From an uncultured Tidjanibacter sp. (GTDB taxonomy: Bacteria; Bacteroidota; Bacteroidia; Bacteroidales; Rikenellaceae), in contig CALVCL010000002.1 of the NCBI GenBank assembly GCA_944326085.1, positions 139,867 to 203,866 on the forward strand: a stretch of 64,000 nucleotides of DNA. Direction: 5' to 3'. Below, piece by piece: positions 48,955-60,752 of the stretch (the first letter of the stretch is position 1; each line of letters starts with the position of its first letter). The translations under genes and the position numbers were made by a program. The notes below the pieces were generated by a model, which had not been told where the DNA came from, made no database searches, and worked only from the letters and a program-made list of their open reading frames with translations.

Positions 48955-49836
48955 ATGGATTACTCGGTATTACTTGACAAGTATGCTCCGGTGGCTTCTG
49001 ACAGTATCGTTGACGCCGTCGTAGCCAAGGCGAAAGCCGAAATGGACAGGAACCGCAACGAGGAGGTTTACAAGTTCTGTTTCAGTGCCCTCGACCTAAC
49101 CACCCTTTCGGGCAGCGATTCCGTGCGCAGCGTAGCCGAATTCGTCAAAAAGGCAGTAGATGTACCCGCCAAATATCCTGGCATGCCCAACGTGGCGACA
49201 ATATGTGTCTATCCGTCATTCGTAGACATCGTAGGGCTTGGTGTGGCAGGTACAAACATAGGCGTAACAAGCGTGGCAGGCGGCTTCCCAGCAGCACAGA
49301 CCTTCCTCGAAGTCAAAATGCTGGAAGTGGCGATGGCCATAGAAAACGGTGCTGACGAAATTGACGTGGTAATGAATGCCGGCGAAATGGTCGAAGGCGA
49401 ATTCGACCGTCTTGCAAACGATCTCGAACTCCTCTGCAAGGAGGCCGGGCAGGAGGTTACCTTCAAGGTAATCATCGAATCAGGCATGCTCGAGAAAGCA
49501 GAAGATGTTTACCGCGCTTCACTGCTGGCAATATTCTCCGGAGCCGACTTCGTGAAAACATCGACCGGCAAATCGCAATACGGAGCAACCCCGCGTTCGG
49601 CAATGGTTATCTGCAACGCCATCAAGGACTACTATCTGCAGACAGGCATAAATGTCGGCATAAAACTGGCAGGAGGCATCCGTACCGTCGACGACGCGGT
49701 ACTTTACTATACAATAGTCGAAAATATGCTCGGCAAGGAGTGGCTAACCCCATCGCTCTTCCGCATCGGAGCAAGCGCCCCTCTGGCCAATGCCCTCATA
49801 ACAGCTGCCACGGGAGACACCAAACCCTACTTCTGA
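48955..49836 (+). CDS. deoC: Deoxyribose-phosphate aldolase
   Basis: LDLTTL, GADEIDVV, KVIIESG, DFVKTSTGK, GIKLAGGIR, FRIGAS. Confidence 0.95.
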   Translation: MDYSVLLDKYAPVASDSIVDAVVAKAKAEMDRNRNEEVYKFCFSALDLTTLSGSDSVRSVAEFVKKAVDVPAKYPGMPNVATICVYPSFVDIVGLGVAGTNIGVTSVAGGFPAAQTFLEVKMLEVAMAIENGADEIDVVMNAGEMVEGEFDRLANDLELLCKEAGQEVTFKVIIESGMLEKAEDVYRASLLAIFSGADFVKTSTGKSQYGATPRSAMVICNAIKDYYLQTGINVGIKLAGGIRTVDDAVLYYTIVENMLGKEWLTPSLFRIGASAPLANALITAATGDTKPYF

Positions 49837-49997
49837 TACAAACAAAGGCACGGTTTTTTACCCCTGCATGCCGCAACCATGCAGGGGCTTTGAGCATCTG
49901 TCACGACAAAAGCAGACACGAAAAACGCGGGAACTGTGCACAACTGCGGCAACATACCGACATACTGCGATTTATGACAGTGAAATTACCCGTTTTG

Positions 49998-50029
49998 TTT
50001 GTTATTTAAAAAACAATCCGATACCTTTG
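49998..50029 (+). promoter_or_regulatory. Sigma-A promoter of frdCAB
   Basis: TTTG-N20-TACCTTTG. Confidence 0.72.
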
Positions 50030-50115
50030 TTGTCGGTAACTATTTGTAGGTATTTCAACACCTGCCGCACACCATTAACAGTGACCAATATAAACAATAA
50101 ACAATACTCGTTTTT

Positions 50116-50793
50116 ATGGCCAATATTTTTACTTCATCTATCGGCAAGAAGCTGATTATGAGTATCACAGGAGCATTTCTCATATTGTTCCTGACTTTCC
50201 ACATGATTATGAACGGGGCACTGGTTTTCTCTGATGAGGCTTACGACGCAATCGTACGTTTCCTCGGTGCCAACTGGTATGCACTCGTAGGTACCGTCAT
50301 CCTTGCAGCAGGCGTCGTATTCCACTTCGTCTATGCAATCATCCTCACCCTCGGCAACCACAAGGCGCGTGGCAACATCCGTTACGCAGAAACCAAACGC
50401 GAACGCGGCGTTGAGTGGTCCTCGAAAAACATGTTCGTGCTCGGCCTTGTTGTAATACTTGGTCTTCTGCTCCACCTCTTCAACTTCTGGTACAACATGC
50501 AGTGGACTGAAATCATTGGCGCACACACCAACAGCCTCGGCATGAGCCCGACTGACGGTGCAGACCTCGTAAGGTATGTGTTCTCACACCCGGGTTATGT
50601 TATCGCCTACATCATTTGGCTCGTAGGTCTATGGTTCCACCTTACCCACGGCATGTGGAGCATGATGCAGACCGTAGGCTGGAACAGCAAGGTATGGATG
50701 AAACGTCTGAAATGTATTTCCTACATACTTTCGACCATCATCGTGGGTGCGTTCATGCTCATCCTCATCATTCTCTATGTACAGAGCCTGTAA
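50116..50793 (+). CDS. frdC: Fumarate reductase/succinate dehydrogenase cytochrome b subunit
   Basis: SIGKKLIMSITG; four His ligands in TM helices (FHM, FHF, LHL, FHLTHG). Confidence 0.92.
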   Translation: MANIFTSSIGKKLIMSITGAFLILFLTFHMIMNGALVFSDEAYDAIVRFLGANWYALVGTVILAAGVVFHFVYAIILTLGNHKARGNIRYAETKRERGVEWSSKNMFVLGLVVILGLLLHLFNFWYNMQWTEIIGAHTNSLGMSPTDGADLVRYVFSHPGYVIAYIIWLVGLWFHLTHGMWSMMQTVGWNSKVWMKRLKCISYILSTIIVGAFMLILIILYVQSL

Positions 50794-50825
50794 TTTAATA
50801 ACCGCTGAACAATAAAACACAAGAT

Positions 50826-52769
50826 ATGGCAAAGATAGATTCCCGCATACCGCAAGGCCCCATTCAGGAGAAATGGAGCAAGCACAAAGCTGAAATCAAG
50901 GTTGTTAGCCCTGCCAACAAGCGCAAACTAGACATTATCGTCGTAGGTACCGGTCTCGGCGGCGCATCCGCAGCTGCCACGCTCGGTGAACTCGGGTACA
51001 ACGTAAAGATATTCTGCATCTCCGACTCCCCCCGCCGTGCACACTCCATCGCGGCTCAAGGCGGTATCAATGCAGCAAAGAACTACCAGAACGACAACGA
51101 CTCCGTATTCAGGTTGTTTTACGATACAATCAAGGGCGGCGACTACCGTGCACGTGAAGCAAACGTTTACCGTCTTGCCGAAGTATCGAACAACATCATC
51201 GACCAGTGCGTAGCTCAGGGTGTACCTTTCGCCCGCGACTACGGCGGCTTGCTCGACAACCGTTCGTTCGGCGGTGCACAGGTATCGCGTACCTTCTATG
51301 CCCGCGGCCAGACGGGACAGCAGCTCCTCCTCGGTGCTTACGCTTCCCTCAACCGCCAGATTGCAAAGGGTACCGTAAAGAGCTATCCTCGTCACGAAAT
51401 GCTTGACCTCGTTCTTATCGACGGCAAGGCTCGCGGTATTATCACCCGTAACCTCGTAACCGGCGAAATCGAACGCTTCGGTGCTCATGCAGTGGTTATA
51501 GCTACCGGTGGATACGGTAACGTATTCTTCCTCTCGACCAATGCAATGAACTCCAACGGTTCGGCTGCATGGCAGTGCTACAAAAAGGGTGCAATGTTCG
51601 CAAACCCCTGCTTCACTCAGATACACCCTACCTGTATCCCTGTTCACGGCGAACAGCAGAGCAAGCTGACCCTCATGTCTGAATCGCTCCGCAACGACGG
51701 CCGTATATGGGTTCCCAAGAAAATGGAAGATGTCGAGAAGCTAAGGGCAAAGAAAATCAAGGCTTCGCAGATACCCGAAGAAGACAGGGACTACTATCTC
51801 GAAAGGCGTTACCCTGCATTCGGTAACCTCGTTCCCCGTGACGTTGCTTCGCGCGCCGGTAAGGAACGTTGCGATGCAGGCTACGGCGTAAACGATACCG
51901 GTCGTGCCGTATTCCTCGACTTCAAAACTGCAATTGCACGTCTCGGCAAGGATGTAATCAAGGCACGTTACGGCAACCTGTTCCAGATGTACGAGAAAAT
52001 CACCGACGTGAACCCGTACGACGAGCCTATGATGATATATCCCGCAGTACACTACACCATGGGTGGTATCTGGGTTGACTACAACCTTATGACCACTATC
52101 CCAGGTCTGTACGCTATCGGTGAGGCCAACTTCTCCGACCACGGTGCAAACCGCCTCGGTGCATCTGCCCTCATGCAGGGTCTGGCCGATGGCTACTTCG
52201 TACTTCCGTACACCATCGGCGACTACCTCTCGCACGAGATACAGTCACCGAAGGTCGACACCAATGCTCCCGAATTCGAGGCTGCTGAAAAGAGCGTAAG
52301 GGAAAGGATTGCAAAACTCTTCTCCATCAACGGTAAGCAGACTGTGGACGAAATCCACAAGAAACTCGGCCACATCATGTGGGAGAATGTAGGCATGGCC
52401 CGTACGAAGGAATCGCTCGAAAAAGCTATCGTTGAAATCAAAAAGATACGTCAGGAATTCTGGAGCGATGTCAAGGTTCCGGGCAAGAACGAAGAATTCA
52501 ACCAGGAACTCGAAAAGGCTCTCCGCGTAGCCGACTTCCTCGAAGAAGGCGAACTCATGGCCAAGGACGCTCTTCAGCGTAACGAGTCTTGCGGCGGTCA
52601 CTTCCGTGAAGAATACCAGACACCTGACGGCGAGGCACTACGCGATGACGAAAACTTCGCATTCGTTGCAATATGGGAATACAAGGGCGAGAACGAAGAA
52701 CCCGTAATGCACAAGGAACCTCTCACATTCGAGGCCATAAAGGTCGCACAGCGTAACTACAAGGACTAA
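50826..52769 (+). CDS. frdA: Fumarate reductase/succinate dehydrogenase flavoprotein
   Basis: [48 protein letters not shown]. Confidence 0.96.
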   Translation: MAKIDSRIPQGPIQEKWSKHKAEIKVVSPANKRKLDIIVVGTGLGGASAAATLGELGYNVKIFCISDSPRRAHSIAAQGGINAAKNYQNDNDSVFRLFYDTIKGGDYRAREANVYRLAEVSNNIIDQCVAQGVPFARDYGGLLDNRSFGGAQVSRTFYARGQTGQQLLLGAYASLNRQIAKGTVKSYPRHEMLDLVLIDGKARGIITRNLVTGEIERFGAHAVVIATGGYGNVFFLSTNAMNSNGSAAWQCYKKGAMFANPCFTQIHPTCIPVHGEQQSKLTLMSESLRNDGRIWVPKKMEDVEKLRAKKIKASQIPEEDRDYYLERRYPAFGNLVPRDVASRAGKERCDAGYGVNDTGRAVFLDFKTAIARLGKDVIKARYGNLFQMYEKITDVNPYDEPMMIYPAVHYTMGGIWVDYNLMTTIPGLYAIGEANFSDHGANRLGASALMQGLADGYFVLPYTIGDYLSHEIQSPKVDTNAPEFEAAEKSVRERIAKLFSINGKQTVDEIHKKLGHIMWENVGMARTKESLEKAIVEIKKIRQEFWSDVKVPGKNEEFNQELEKALRVADFLEEGELMAKDALQRNESCGGHFREEYQTPDGEALRDDENFAFVAIWEYKGENEEPVMHKEPLTFEAIKVAQRNYKD

Positions 52770-52788
52770 CCGGAAAAAACAAAGGACG

Positions 52789-53532
52789 ATGAATTTCAAA
52801 CTTAAAATATGGCGCCAGGCTAATGCCAAGGCACAAGGCAGGTTCGAAACATACGAGGTGAAGGACATTTCGGCCGACACTTCGTTCCTCGAAATGCTCG
52901 ATATTCTTAACAACAACCTCATCCACGAAGGCAAGGAACCCGTAGCTTTCGACCATGACTGCCGTGAAGGTATCTGCGGTATGTGCTCGCTTCACATCAA
53001 CGGTGAGGCTCATGGTCCGGACACCGAAATCACTACTTGCCAGCTCCACATGCGCAAGTTCCACGACGGTGACACCATCACCATCGAACCCTGGCGTTCG
53101 GCTGCGTTCCCGGTAATCAAGGACCTTGTTGTTGACCGTCACGCATTCGACAAAATCATGCAGGCAGGTGGTTTCATCTCGGTTAACACCGGCGGTGTGC
53201 CCGATGCAAACACCACTCCCATTCCCCGTGCAGATGCAGAGGAAAGTATGGACGCTGCAGCATGTATCGGTTGCGGTGCATGTGTAGCAACCTGCAAGAA
53301 CGGTTCTGCAATGCTGTTCGTTGCAGCACGTGTATCGTCGCTGGCGAAACTGCCGCAGGGTAAGGTTGAAACCCTCAGCCGTGCAAAGGCCATGATTGCA
53401 AAGATGGACGAACTCGGCTTCGGCGGATGTACCAACACCCGTGCGTGCGAGGCAGAGTGCCCGAAGGGCGTATCGATTTCGCACATCGCACGTCTGAACC
53501 GCAAGTTCCTCACTGCAAAGTTCAAAGACTAA
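52789..53532 (+). CDS. frdB: Fumarate reductase/succinate dehydrogenase Fe-S subunit
   Basis: [32 protein letters not shown]. Confidence 0.96.
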   Translation: MNFKLKIWRQANAKAQGRFETYEVKDISADTSFLEMLDILNNNLIHEGKEPVAFDHDCREGICGMCSLHINGEAHGPDTEITTCQLHMRKFHDGDTITIEPWRSAAFPVIKDLVVDRHAFDKIMQAGGFISVNTGGVPDANTTPIPRADAEESMDAAACIGCGACVATCKNGSAMLFVAARVSSLAKLPQGKVETLSRAKAMIAKMDELGFGGCTNTRACEAECPKGVSISHIARLNRKFLTAKFKD

Positions 53533-53552
53533 GCATAAAACAACCATATATG

Positions 53553-53587
53553 CAAAATGGGACGTCCCGACGGGACGTCCCATTTTG
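53553..53587. terminator. Bidirectional terminator between frdB and the nuclease gene
   Basis: Perfect 16-bp inverted repeat caaaatgggacgtccc-gac-gggacgtcccattttg. Confidence 0.8.
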
Positions 53588-53600
53588 TTACCCAAACGCA

Positions 53601-54608
53601 CTACTCTCCAAACCAGAAATCAACGGAATAGGTACTCTCCGCAATATTCTCCACGCTGTCAGACAACGTACAAAAGAAATCATATTCGGTTATGGTTTCG
53701 ATACTGTCCACCGTTACGGCATAATCGCGGAATGTACCGTCAACTTCCGCTGTATTGGGAAAAAGGAAAGCCACCGCATCCACATATCCGTCGTATTGTG
53801 CGAGCACGGCTTTGTAGAAATATTCGGGAACTCCTACCCCGCCTGTTATGGTATCCACTCCGGGATACAGCACCCCACCGGCCACGACATAAACAGTACC
53901 GAATTGTGAAGCCCAATACCTCACCTGTTCCTCAAGCGATTTCCATACCCCCCTGTTAAGTGCTGGTGTCTGCGGTGAAATGTTAGACATGTAGAACGTT
54001 CCCTTATTTTCCTCAATGCTTCCTCGACGGTCAGCCGACGGACACAAATGCCCTCGGTCATAACCACTATTTGTATAATCCGATGTCACAGCATAAGAAT
54101 AGCCACGTTTTTTAACCTCTGGATCTATCACAAAGCCGCTGCTGCGCGAGACATTTACAGTAGCGACATCTTCTGCTGTAAGTACATAGGCGACCCATTC
54201 GGCCTGCTTGTACAGCGTATCATAAAGAAGCGTATAACGCCCCTCTTCATTCACTATCACAAAATCTGCATCATCTTTGTCTATACGAGGCAACTCCAAA
54301 CCCGACGGCTCCTCACTCAGCACAGTTTCCACATAGATTTCATTCTTACGTCCAATTACAGACTCCAACTCTTCCGACGCATCAGAAATTCTATTACCTG
54401 ATTCACCATGGGACAATGCAGTGACAATATCGTCTTTTACGGCCGTTATTTTAGCCTTTCCTCGTGCAATCAATTCCTGATTATCTATTCTGCAACAATG
54501 TTCATAATACAAGACACATGCAACAACCAAGCACACAAACAACATCATGCCTGCTATCCTGCCTCGTCTCAAACGTCTGCGTTCACATTTGCCACCACTC
54601 TTACCCAT
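53601..54608 (-). CDS. DNA/RNA non-specific (beta-beta-alpha-Me) endonuclease with an N-terminal membrane anchor
   Basis: YDRGHLCPSAD, FYMSNISPQ...LNRGVWKSLE, VGVPEYFYK; basic segment plus TM helix at the N-terminus. Confidence 0.9.
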   Translation of the reverse strand: MGKSGGKCERRRLRRGRIAGMMLFVCLVVACVLYYEHCCRIDNQELIARGKAKITAVKDDIVTALSHGESGNRISDASEELESVIGRKNEIYVETVLSEEPSGLELPRIDKDDADFVIVNEEGRYTLLYDTLYKQAEWVAYVLTAEDVATVNVSRSSGFVIDPEVKKRGYSYAVTSDYTNSGYDRGHLCPSADRRGSIEENKGTFYMSNISPQTPALNRGVWKSLEEQVRYWASQFGTVYVVAGGVLYPGVDTITGGVGVPEYFYKAVLAQYDGYVDAVAFLFPNTAEVDGTFRDYAVTVDSIETITEYDFFCTLSDSVENIAESTYSVDFWFGE

Positions 54609-54851
54609 AAAAAATTCACATCTTCAGCGTATCATTTACATATAGGCAATAACATCAAAAACCAACAAATATCAGATTCTGCATATCTCATACACATGAT
54701 ATGGTTTCTCCATAACCTTGTATATACATCGAACGGAAGCAATTCTCTGCGTCTTTACAGCACTCTATGAAATCCTCTATATCCAGGACCAACTTTGACC
54801 TTATATTTCAAAGGTAACATTTACACGGGACTTCAATAACGGCACCCTCAT

Positions 54852-54885
54852 AAAAAACGGGCTACCCTAGTCGAGCAACCCGTTT
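54852..54885 (-). terminator. Terminator of the AspT-family transporter
   Basis: Minus strand AAACGGGTTGC/GTAGCCCGTTT stem plus a U-run. Confidence 0.65.
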
Positions 54886-54903
54886 CTATGAATACGAAAA
54901 CTT

Positions 54904-56568
54904 TTATAGCGAAATCAGTATCAACATTTCCGCTGTCAATATTCTGAGGAACATGGTAAGCGGATAAACAGTCGTATAACCTATTGACGGCAATTCGTTA
55001 GGTGACGAACTGGTAGCAAATGCCAATGCGGGCGGGTCAGTAGTACCTCCGGCTATCATACCCATAAGAGTAAAATAATCCACCTTACCCCATTTAAGTG
55101 CAATGCTGCCCACTATGAGCAAAGGAACTACAGTTATAATAAAACCGTATCCAATCCATTTCCAACCACCGTCTACGATTGTTTCCACAAAACCCTGGCC
55201 GGCTCCAAGCCCGACTGCTGCCAGGAACAATGATATACCCAACTCTCTCAACATTAGATTTGCACTTACAGTGGTATAGGTTATCATGTGGAACTGCGGG
55301 CCGAAACGGCCTATAAGTATTGCCACGATAAGGGTACCACCTGCCAATCCAAGTTTAACAGGCTGAGGAATGTTGCCGAAATAGAAAGGTATGCTACCAA
55401 GCAGTACACCAAGCAAGATACCGATAAATATAGGTATGATATTCGGATGGCGAAGCCTCTTAAGCTGATCACCTATCATATTTGCCACATCCTTCAACGC
55501 GGATTCTTCTCCGACCACTGTCAATCGGTCACCAATCTGCAACTGCAGGTTAGCTGTAGCAGCTATATCAATACCGGCACGATTGACACGTATAACATTG
55601 ACGCCGAAATTATTCCTCAATTTAAGGTCGCCAAGGTAACGGCCGTTAATCTGCGGTTTTGTGACAACAATACGCCTGGAAACATATTTCTGATTTGCTT
55701 CACGCCACAGTTCATCGGCTATTTCAATCTGTTCACCGAAGAACGATGCAACCTGCTTCATATCTTTTGCAGATACCACAATATAAAGGTTGTCTCCAAC
55801 CCTTATCTCTGACTGTCCATGCGCCAGTTCAACATTGTTGTTATGCATAATACGCGATATGAGGAACTTATTGCTACACATATCGCGAAGTTCAACAACC
55901 TTTTTACCGTCAAGCGCAGGATTTGATACCCTCACAGATATTACGCTTGACGCTGACGGATCGTCTTTACGGGCATTCTCGATACGGGTATTCTCCTTAT
56001 CAATATTGATGCGGAATATGACACGCAACAAAATCATGGAAAGAATAATACCTATAACGCCGAGCGGATATGCCACAGCATATCCCATAGCCAACGACGG
56101 ATCCGCATGGCCTGTTGCATCAGCCAATGCTTCCTGTGCCGCACCAAGACCTGGCGTGTTGGTAACAGCACCGCAAAGGATACCTGTCATTGTGTTTAGA
56201 CTCACTCCTGTAACCTTACTCAACAATACGGTAAGGCCCACTGCTATGGCTACACTCAATGTCGCAAAACCGTTCAATTTAAGACCACCCTTTCGCAACG
56301 ATGCAAAGAAGCTCGGTCCCACCTGCATACCTACAGCGAAGACAAAAACTATAAGGCCGAAATCCTTTACAAAAGACAAGACAGCTGGATCCATAATCAG
56401 GCCAAAATGACTTGCAGCAATACCGACAAAAAGTATCCATGTCGTACCCAACGACACGCCTGCAATCTTGACTTTGGCCAGTACTGTTCCCACAGCAATA
56501 ACGAATGCCAGCAGCAAAATAGAATGAGCTATCCCCGGTTCGAAAATTAGCTCCCTTAACCACTCCAT
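54904..56568 (-). CDS. AspT/YidE/YbjL-family antiporter with two TrkA-C domains
   Basis: GMQVGPSFF, GAVTNTPGLGAA, GYAVAYPLGV, AGGTTDPPALAF duplicated membrane halves. Confidence 0.9.
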   Translation of the reverse strand: MEWLRELIFEPGIAHSILLLAFVIAVGTVLAKVKIAGVSLGTTWILFVGIAASHFGLIMDPAVLSFVKDFGLIVFVFAVGMQVGPSFFASLRKGGLKLNGFATLSVAIAVGLTVLLSKVTGVSLNTMTGILCGAVTNTPGLGAAQEALADATGHADPSLAMGYAVAYPLGVIGIILSMILLRVIFRINIDKENTRIENARKDDPSASSVISVRVSNPALDGKKVVELRDMCSNKFLISRIMHNNNVELAHGQSEIRVGDNLYIVVSAKDMKQVASFFGEQIEIADELWREANQKYVSRRIVVTKPQINGRYLGDLKLRNNFGVNVIRVNRAGIDIAATANLQLQIGDRLTVVGEESALKDVANMIGDQLKRLRHPNIIPIFIGILLGVLLGSIPFYFGNIPQPVKLGLAGGTLIVAILIGRFGPQFHMITYTTVSANLMLRELGISLFLAAVGLGAGQGFVETIVDGGWKWIGYGFIITVVPLLIVGSIALKWGKVDYFTLMGMIAGGTTDPPALAFATSSSPNELPSIGYTTVYPLTMFLRILTAEMLILISL

Positions 56569-56893
56569 AAGTTAAACTTCCCTTTTTTCTAATCTATTTA
56601 TTAATTAATCTTTTTGTGAAAATTTTTGTAAAGATACCCCTTGTATCTCAAAAGAGCAAAATTTTCATACCTCTTTTATTAGAAATCGTCATTATAAATA
56701 GTTTGACATCGCAAACGCTGCAACATATACCCGACCTATTCATTGGTTGGTCTCCTACACCTGATGGCTGTTACTGTTTTCGAACAATTAATGCCGCTGC
56801 AATTCTTTATGTTGCAGCAGGCTTCTGCCATATACAATAGAGGCGACCTAGTTTACGGTCGCCATCCATCAATAATTCATAGTCTGTGCCTTT

Positions 56894-57745
56894 TCAACGC
56901 GACATTCGGGTTTCGAAAGCCTCAATAGTATTGGTCATAAGCATGGTTATTGTCATTGGTCCCACGCCTCCAGGCACTTTGGTTATCATTCCGGCAATAG
57001 ATTCACATGCGTTGAAATCCACATCGCCGCACAACTTTCCGGTATCCGGGTCACGGTTCACACCCACGTCTATTACTACTGCTCCGGGCTTTATCATGTC
57101 GGCCTTGACAAACTTCGGCCTGCCTATAGCAACCACCAGAATATCGGCCTCTTTGGTCACCGATGCCAGGTCTTTCGTACGACTGTGCGCTATCGTTACC
57201 GTTGCATTCTCGTCAAGCAACAACTTGGCGACAGGCAGACCGACAATGTTGCTTCGTCCGATAACTACTGCACGCTTGCCTGCTATCTCCACATTCGCGG
57301 TTTTGAGCATTTTGATGATACCCTTCGGGGTACACGGCAGCAGACAAGGCTGCTTCAGCCACAACGACGCCACATTGAGCGGATGGAAACCGTCCACATC
57401 CTTGCTGCGGTCTATGGCTGCAATGACCTTGTCGGCATCCATATGTTTCGGCAGCGGAAGCTGTACGAGTATTCCGTCCACCGTGTCGTCGGCATTCAGT
57501 TCGGCAATGAGCGAGAGCAACTCCTCTTCGGTCATCGACTCCGGCTTACGTATAGTGGTGTTCCTTACACCTATCTCTTCCGATGCCTTGGCCTTGCCTG
57601 TCACATAGGAAACGCTTCCTGGATCATCACCCACCAGCACGACCACCAAATGCGGAACCCTGCCATACTTGGCTTCCAGTTCCTTAACCTTTACGGCCAT
57701 CTCCCGCTTCAAATCCGTTGCAATTTCTTTACCGCTTATTATCAT
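56894..57745 (-). CDS. folD: Methylene-THF dehydrogenase/cyclohydrolase
   Basis: [36 protein letters not shown]. Confidence 0.96.
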   Translation of the reverse strand: MIISGKEIATDLKREMAVKVKELEAKYGRVPHLVVVLVGDDPGSVSYVTGKAKASEEIGVRNTTIRKPESMTEEELLSLIAELNADDTVDGILVQLPLPKHMDADKVIAAIDRSKDVDGFHPLNVASLWLKQPCLLPCTPKGIIKMLKTANVEIAGKRAVVIGRSNIVGLPVAKLLLDENATVTIAHSRTKDLASVTKEADILVVAIGRPKFVKADMIKPGAVVIDVGVNRDPDTGKLCGDVDFNACESIAGMITKVPGGVGPMTITMLMTNTIEAFETRMSR

Positions 57746-57834
57746 ATTCGCATCTCTTTTATTGTCAGCTCCAATCGCAGTTTGCCACTCTCTTTTGTTA
57801 CATCTACATTGCAGAACAAGTTCACGCTCACACT

Positions 57835-59094
57835 CTACCTGCCGAACACAGCCTTGCCAATGTCACTGCGGTGGAAGAGATTGTCGCATTCCACCCTGCC
57901 AACAGCCTCTATGGCTCTGTCACGGGCTTCAGCCAGCGTATCGCCACGTCCCACAACCATGAGCACTCGGCCTCCGGCAGTCACCAATTGCCCATCCTTC
58001 ATGGCAGTCCCCATATGATAAATCGTCACATCAGCATTCTCGGCCTTGTCGAGACCGCCGATGCGGTGACCTTTCTCACACGAACCTGGATATCCTTTCG
58101 ATGCGAGCACTACACCAAGTGCAGAACGTTCGTCCCACTGAGCCTCTGTCATCGGCTTACCTTCTGCTACACCGGCAAATATATCATATATGTCGCTTTT
58201 AAGACGCGGCAGTACAACCTCCGTCTCAGGATCGCCGAAACGCGCGTTGAACTCTATAACCTTTATACCGTCACGGGTCTTCATCAAACCGCCGTATAAT
58301 ACGCCGGTGAACGGAACGCCTTCCTCAACCATTGCGGCAGCCGTACGCTCCATTATGTTCTCTAGTGCAAACCTGCGCTCCTCTTCACTTATGAAAGGCA
58401 CCGGCGAATAAGCTCCCATACCTCCCGTGTTGGGGCCCTTGTCACCGTCGAAGGCACGCTTGTGATCCTGCGCCAACGGCATAGGCAGCACATTAATGCC
58501 CGACACGAAACACATGAATGAGAATTCAGGACCTTCAAGATAGTCCTCCACCACAACACGTCCATGACCGAACTTATCATCAAGAAGCATATCGCGCAAT
58601 GCAGCATCTGCTTCCTCCATTGTAGCGGCTACCACCACTCCCTTACCTGCTGCCAGACCATCGTATTTGAGAACTGCCGGCATGGGACGTGATGCAACGT
58701 AACGCACTGCTTCCTCGTAGTTGTCGAACGAGCGGTAACCGGCCGTCGGAATACCATGCTTTACCATAATTTCCTTGGCAAACTCCTTGCTCGTCTCGAT
58801 ACGTGCAGCTGCGGCCGTCGGGCCGAATATACGGAGTCCGTGACCGCGGAACAAATCCACGATACCGGCCTGCAATGCCGCTTCAGGACCGACCACGGTC
58901 AGGTCTATGGCGTTTGCACGTGCAAAATCGAGCAATCCGTTTACATCGGTATCCTTCAGTGGCACCAGTTCGGCTAGACGCGCGATACCGGCATTGCCGG
59001 GGGCGCAATATATCTTGTCAACCTTGGGCGAACGGTGGAGTGCATCCACTATTGCATGGCAGCGTCCGCCGCCTCCTATAACGAGAACTTTCAT
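57835..59094 (-). CDS. purD: Phosphoribosylamine-glycine ligase
   Basis: [42 protein letters not shown]. Confidence 0.96.
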   Translation of the reverse strand: MKVLVIGGGGRCHAIVDALHRSPKVDKIYCAPGNAGIARLAELVPLKDTDVNGLLDFARANAIDLTVVGPEAALQAGIVDLFRGHGLRIFGPTAAAARIETSKEFAKEIMVKHGIPTAGYRSFDNYEEAVRYVASRPMPAVLKYDGLAAGKGVVVAATMEEADAALRDMLLDDKFGHGRVVVEDYLEGPEFSFMCFVSGINVLPMPLAQDHKRAFDGDKGPNTGGMGAYSPVPFISEEERRFALENIMERTAAAMVEEGVPFTGVLYGGLMKTRDGIKVIEFNARFGDPETEVVLPRLKSDIYDIFAGVAEGKPMTEAQWDERSALGVVLASKGYPGSCEKGHRIGGLDKAENADVTIYHMGTAMKDGQLVTAGGRVLMVVGRGDTLAEARDRAIEAVGRVECDNLFHRSDIGKAVFGR

Positions 59095-59157
59095 CCGTCA
59101 AATGTTTTTACAATCCATACACCGCGACATGCTTCGTCACGGCCTGGCTACACGGCA

Positions 59158-60687
59158 TCAGTGTTTGAAATGCCTTTCACCGGTGAATGCCATTGCCACA
59201 CCGAGTTCGTCGGCCTTGACTATGGAGTCGTTGTCGTGTATACTGCCGCCAGGCTGTACGATAGCCTTAACACCGTATCCGGCTGCAAGGGTTACCGTAT
59301 CGTCAAAGGGCAGGAAGCCGTCCGATGCAAGAACAAGGTCTTCTGTCAGACCTTTGGCCTTAGCTTCGCGGAGTGCTATCTCGGCCGAACCCACACGGTT
59401 CATCTGGCCTGCCCCAACACCCACCGTACAACCGTTCTTGACAACTACTATCGCATTGGATTTCACATGTTTCACAATCCTCCAGCCAAAACTCATGTCG
59501 GCAAGTTCCGATGCTGTTGGGCGCTTCTTGGTGACAGTCATATCCTCGGTAACGGTCTTGGTATCCGTATCGAGATCCTGTACGAGAAGCCCTCCGTTGA
59601 CGCTCACGAGCTGACGTTCGCATACTCCGCCGCGGTCCATGTTAACCTCAAGCAGTCGCAGGTTCTTCTTTGTTGTAAGTATTTCGAGAGCCTTCTTCGA
59701 AAACGAGGGAGCAATGATTATCTCGAGAAATATGGGTTTCATGGCAGCAGCCGTAGCACCGTCGAGTTCACGGTTCACAGCTACGATACCACCATAGATG
59801 CTCACTTTGTCGGCCTCGTAAGCCTTGGTCCATGCATCGTTAATATCCTTGCCGACAGCAGCGCCGCATGGGTTCATGTGCTTGAGTCCCACACAGAAAG
59901 GTTCATCGAATTCACGCACGATGTTGAGAGCTGCATTGGCGTCTTGTATATTGTTGTACGACAACTCCTTGCCATTGAGTTGTCGTGCGAATGCCAGCGA
60001 GAACGGCACAGGGTTGGAACCACGGTAGAACTTCGCTTTCTGATGAGGGTTCTCGCCGTAACGAAGTTCCTGAGCTATTTCAAATTCGAGGAACAGTTTT
60101 TCGGCCAGACCAGCCTTGTCGCGCAAATATGTAGCGATGCATGAGTCATACTCGGCAGTATGGGTAAATGCCTTTGCCGAGAGCTCAAGACGTGTTTCGG
60201 GCTTGGTATTTCCCGTTGCACGTATCTCGTCGAGCACGCGGCCGTAATCCATCGGGTCGCATACCACCGTCACGTCGCGGAAATTCTTTGCGGCACTGCG
60301 GAGCATCGACGGACCCCCTATATCTATATTCTCAACGGCCTCCTCCATCGATACGCCTTCGCGTGCTATGGTCTGGCGGAACGGATAAAGGTTCACGCAT
60401 ACCATGTCAATGAACTCGATGCCGTTTTCACGAAGCGCCTCGATATGGCTCGGCATGTCACGCCTTGCAAGGAGACCTCCGTGTACCTTGGGATGAAGGG
60501 TCTTGACACGGCCGTCGCATATTTCCGGGAAACCGGTGACGTCGCTTATATTGGTAACATCTATTCCACTGTCGCGCAGGAGCTTCATCGTACCGCCGGT
60601 GGCGATGACCTCCCAACCGAGTTGTTTTAATGCGCCCGCAAACTCGACCACACCGGTCTTGTCGCTGACACTGATAAGTGCTCTCAT
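59158..60687 (-). CDS. purH: Bifunctional AICAR formyltransferase/IMP cyclohydrolase
   Basis: RALISVSDK, GRVKTLHP, IDIGGPSM, RYGENPHQ, KHMNPCG, ASDGF, GERHFKH. Confidence 0.97.
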   Translation of the reverse strand: MRALISVSDKTGVVEFAGALKQLGWEVIATGGTMKLLRDSGIDVTNISDVTGFPEICDGRVKTLHPKVHGGLLARRDMPSHIEALRENGIEFIDMVCVNLYPFRQTIAREGVSMEEAVENIDIGGPSMLRSAAKNFRDVTVVCDPMDYGRVLDEIRATGNTKPETRLELSAKAFTHTAEYDSCIATYLRDKAGLAEKLFLEFEIAQELRYGENPHQKAKFYRGSNPVPFSLAFARQLNGKELSYNNIQDANAALNIVREFDEPFCVGLKHMNPCGAAVGKDINDAWTKAYEADKVSIYGGIVAVNRELDGATAAAMKPIFLEIIIAPSFSKKALEILTTKKNLRLLEVNMDRGGVCERQLVSVNGGLLVQDLDTDTKTVTEDMTVTKKRPTASELADMSFGWRIVKHVKSNAIVVVKNGCTVGVGAGQMNRVGSAEIALREAKAKGLTEDLVLASDGFLPFDDTVTLAAGYGVKAIVQPGGSIHDNDSIVKADELGVAMAFTGERHFKH

Positions 60688-60752
60688 ATTCTATTGTTTA
60701 ATATTGTCTGTTTTGTTCCAGTCCTCACGGGATTATAACACACCGCGAACGG

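Noticed and set aside
56569-56893. Possible ncRNA between folD and the transporter (ORFs 56616-56840 and 56743-56928)
   Set aside because: Only a short ggcgacc/ggtcgcc hairpin, consistent with a weak pur-operon terminator
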